Assembly: GCA_022605425.2 (NCBI GenBank)
Contig: JAKIMF020000004.1
Location: 1,240,001-1,304,000 of the forward strand
Origin: Hamiltosporidium tvaerminnensis FI-OER-3-3
Lineage: Eukaryota > Fungi > Microsporidia
Length of the DNA stretch: 64,000 nucleotides
Direction: 5' to 3'
The notes beneath the pieces are model-generated. The model ran no database searches, was not told the DNA's origin, and was given only the letters and a program-made list of their open reading frames with translations. The translations under genes were made by a program, and so were the position numbers. Shown in pieces: positions 61,418 to 64,000 of this stretch (the stretch's first letter is position 1; every line of letters starts with the position of its first letter).

Positions 61418-61795
61418 TATAATAACACCTCTTGGTGATATTATAAAATAAAATGTAAAAAACACCCTTTTAATTCTTCTTGTAAATCGATATCAATAAT
61501 AACACCTCTTAGTTAAAGCGCATTTCCTCAAATAAATAACACCATCTTATATTTTATTTTATGATCATACTGAATAATAACACCTGTTAGTTAAACCGAA
61601 TTTCCTGAAATAAATAACACCCTGTTGTATATTATTTATTGATCATACTGAATAATAACACCTGTTAGTTAAACCGAATTTCCTTAAATAAATAACACCC
61701 TGTTGTATTTTTTTTAAATCATACTAAATAATAACACCTCTTAATTAAATTAGATTGCTTCAACTAAATAACACCCTTTTAATCCTAATAACACA
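61418..61795. repeat. Intergenic ~77-78-bp tandem repeat (about five units), each with two AATAACACC motifs
   Basis: aacacct at 61424, 61501, 61579, 61657 and 61733; units 2-4 are nearly identical. Confidence 0.85.
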
Positions 61796-61903
61796 CTCTA
61801 GTAAATGATCACAATAAAGGTTCTTTTAAATTTAACTTATAACGAATAAACATCATACATTGTTTCATAATAACTATCTAAGTAAACATTAAAGTAAACA
61901 AAT

Positions 61904-63900
61904 ATGTTATACTTCATATATATAACACTTATACCTTTACTTTGTATAACAACACAACCAGCAGAAGTAGATTTATCAGAAAATAGAATAGTTATCACCA
62001 ATAAAGGTGTTTATATCTCTAAACAAAATAAAGATGGTGATACTGAGAATAAAGGTAATAAAAATGTAAGTAATAACACCATAATAATAAAGAAGAGTCT
62101 GTTAATAACAAAGATGGGGAGAAAGGTGCTAATAACAATGATAGTAAAGAAGAGGGTGTTAATAATAAGAATAATAATAAAAAGGCTGGTAATACCAGTA
62201 CTAGTGAGGAAACTGTTAATAGCAGTACTAGTACGGAAAGTGTTAATACCGGTAAAGATGGAAATAACAAGCCATTATGTGTTATACCCGAGATTCCTAG
62301 TAATAACAATAAAGAAAATAAAAATGGAAATGATAAGACTAATAATGAAGATGTTATGGAGTGTAGCGTGAACAAAAGTACGATTGAAGGAGTAAGTGAG
62401 GATATTAAAGAGTGTATCAGAACGAAAGGTGCTGGTAATAGTCAAAATAATAACAATGAAGAAAACAAAGAGAATAAAAGTGTGAAAGGATCTGAAGGTA
62501 CGAATGATACGATAGAAAAAAGTAGTATTAGAAGTGGTAGTATCGTAAGTAGTAGTAGCAGCATTAGTCCTAATATAAGTACGAGGATAGGTACCGGCCC
62601 AACTTTAGACTCAAGTAAAAGTTCCAACACAACTCTAATCTCAATTACAAGTACTAATCTAACTCTAACACCAAATACAAGCATAAATACCAACGTATCA
62701 AGTATTAACAGTAGTCCTTTAATCGATACAGATTCTAGTGACTCGGATATTGAAATTTATACCTCTTGTACTACAATATATGAATCTACTTTTCCAAATG
62801 ACAGATCTTCAAGAAATACAACAAATATAAATAGTATATCACCTGTAATTACCATTAATAGTATTACTTCTAGTTCAAAAGCTGTCAATACTCTTTCTAG
62901 TAACACTTCACCATCTATTACAATTACTGGCGCCTTACAATCTGCTTCAATTAGTAAGACATCTTCATCTACTCCCATTACTGTAACACCTTCATCTTCT
63001 ACTATTAATAAGGCATCTTCCTCGAGTCTAATTGCTAAAACTTTACAGTTTGGTTCTATTAGTAAGTCCCTTTTATCGACACCTGACAACAAGACACCTT
63101 TAACAACATCAAAAACAAACAGCTCACAATCCACACATGTTAAAACAACATCTTTACCTTCGCAAATCAAATCTCTTGGGAAAATTCTGAGTACCCATAG
63201 TATTAATACTTTGCCTGGCAGCCATACCTCCAAACCCATTTCATATACCCCTTCATCCACCCAGTCTTCTACAATTTCATCCACTATTGCTTCCAACAAT
63301 ACTTCGAACTCTATTAACAATAACTTACTTATTAAACACGCCAATGACTTTAAGTCACTCAAATATGGAATGGAAATTCAGTGTATTATATCACAGAACA
63401 TTACATTTCTAAAGAAAGACTACGACAGTACAATCCCAAAGATAAAAAACGTACTCATTTACAAAACAAGCGACAATAAATACAAAGATTACTGGAACAT
63501 CTTAATATTTACAAAAGGTACAGACAATATATATATAGACGAGACGAAATACTTTGAAGGTATACTTGTATCTTCATATGAAGATATACCTGTACAAGGT
63601 AAATTATCACCATTGGGACTTTTTCAATCTAAAATGCCTATTTTAGATTATATTAGAGATATTCAAAGTATAAAATTACTTATTTTACAAATAGCAAATA
63701 CTAAAGGTGTAAGTGCTACTGATATTGTTAATACTAAATGTAATTTGAGTTTGATCGATAAGATTGTCTTTAAACATATGTATAAGGAAATGGATGGTGT
63801 TAAAGAAGATAAATGTGTATTTGTATGTGTGTGTGGAGACTCTTTTTGTAAAGCCCCATGTGTAGAAGTTAAATGCGTTGATAGGAATAATATTAAGTAG
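61904..63900 (+). CDS. Secreted Asn- and Ser/Thr-rich protein (~665 aa), paralog of 43904-46798, with one frameshift near 62080
   Basis: Signal peptide MLYFIYITLIPLLC. Adding one base at ~62080 gives NNKEESVNNKDGEKGANNN..EDVMECSVNK, continuous with ORF 62356-63900. Shares the conserved domain and 6-Cys C-terminus with the 964-aa protein. Confidence 0.8.
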
Positions 63901-64000
63901 GCTCCTAGTTTATGAATGGGAAGAAAAAGTATTATAAAAATTATAGTTGATTAAAACAGGTTGGTTTATTATAAAAACGTAAAAAATATTTTTACTTTTT

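Noticed and set aside
61418-61795. CRISPR-like look of regularly spaced AATAACACC repeats
   Set aside because: The intervening sequences are themselves repeated with a 78-bp period, there are no cas genes, and the context is eukaryotic.
58503-63362. Antisense and alternative-frame ORFs over the 1150-aa and 665-aa genes
   Set aside because: Shadows of Ser/Lys/Thr-rich coding sequence, with no independent features.

Overview
This is a very AT-rich, gene-sparse eukaryotic window with intronless genes. It is most likely microsporidian and Hamiltosporidium-like. That assignment is an inference from CCC signals just upstream of start codons, AATAAA overlapping stop codons, a lineage-type LRR gene family and AATAACACC/GGTGTTAAT low-complexity DNA. 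Housekeeping content: TGS1 cap hypermethylase, tRNA-Ala(AGC), a TACC-like coiled-coil protein, a CCDC47/DUF1682-like membrane protein and a very divergent retinoblastoma-like pocket protein. Mobile content: one intact R4/Dong-like RLE non-LTR retrotransposon (34661-38454, 15-bp TSD) inserted in frame into a secreted LRR-family gene, creating a signal-peptide-RT-endonuclease fusion ORF; one full-length decayed copy and several fragments of the same family; a ~730-bp hairpin-rich non-coding element (two copies) sharing a ~120-nt module with the putative LINE 5' UTR; two ~240-bp RTE-derived bipartite SINEs; and Helitron and possible Merlin remnants. The right third holds three large secreted repeat proteins. 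Two of them are paralogs sharing an unrecognised ~100-aa domain and a 6-Cys C-terminal module, and two carry 22/29-residue helical repeats. They are candidate spore-wall or filament structural proteins. All homology calls are by-eye motif comparisons; no searches were run.
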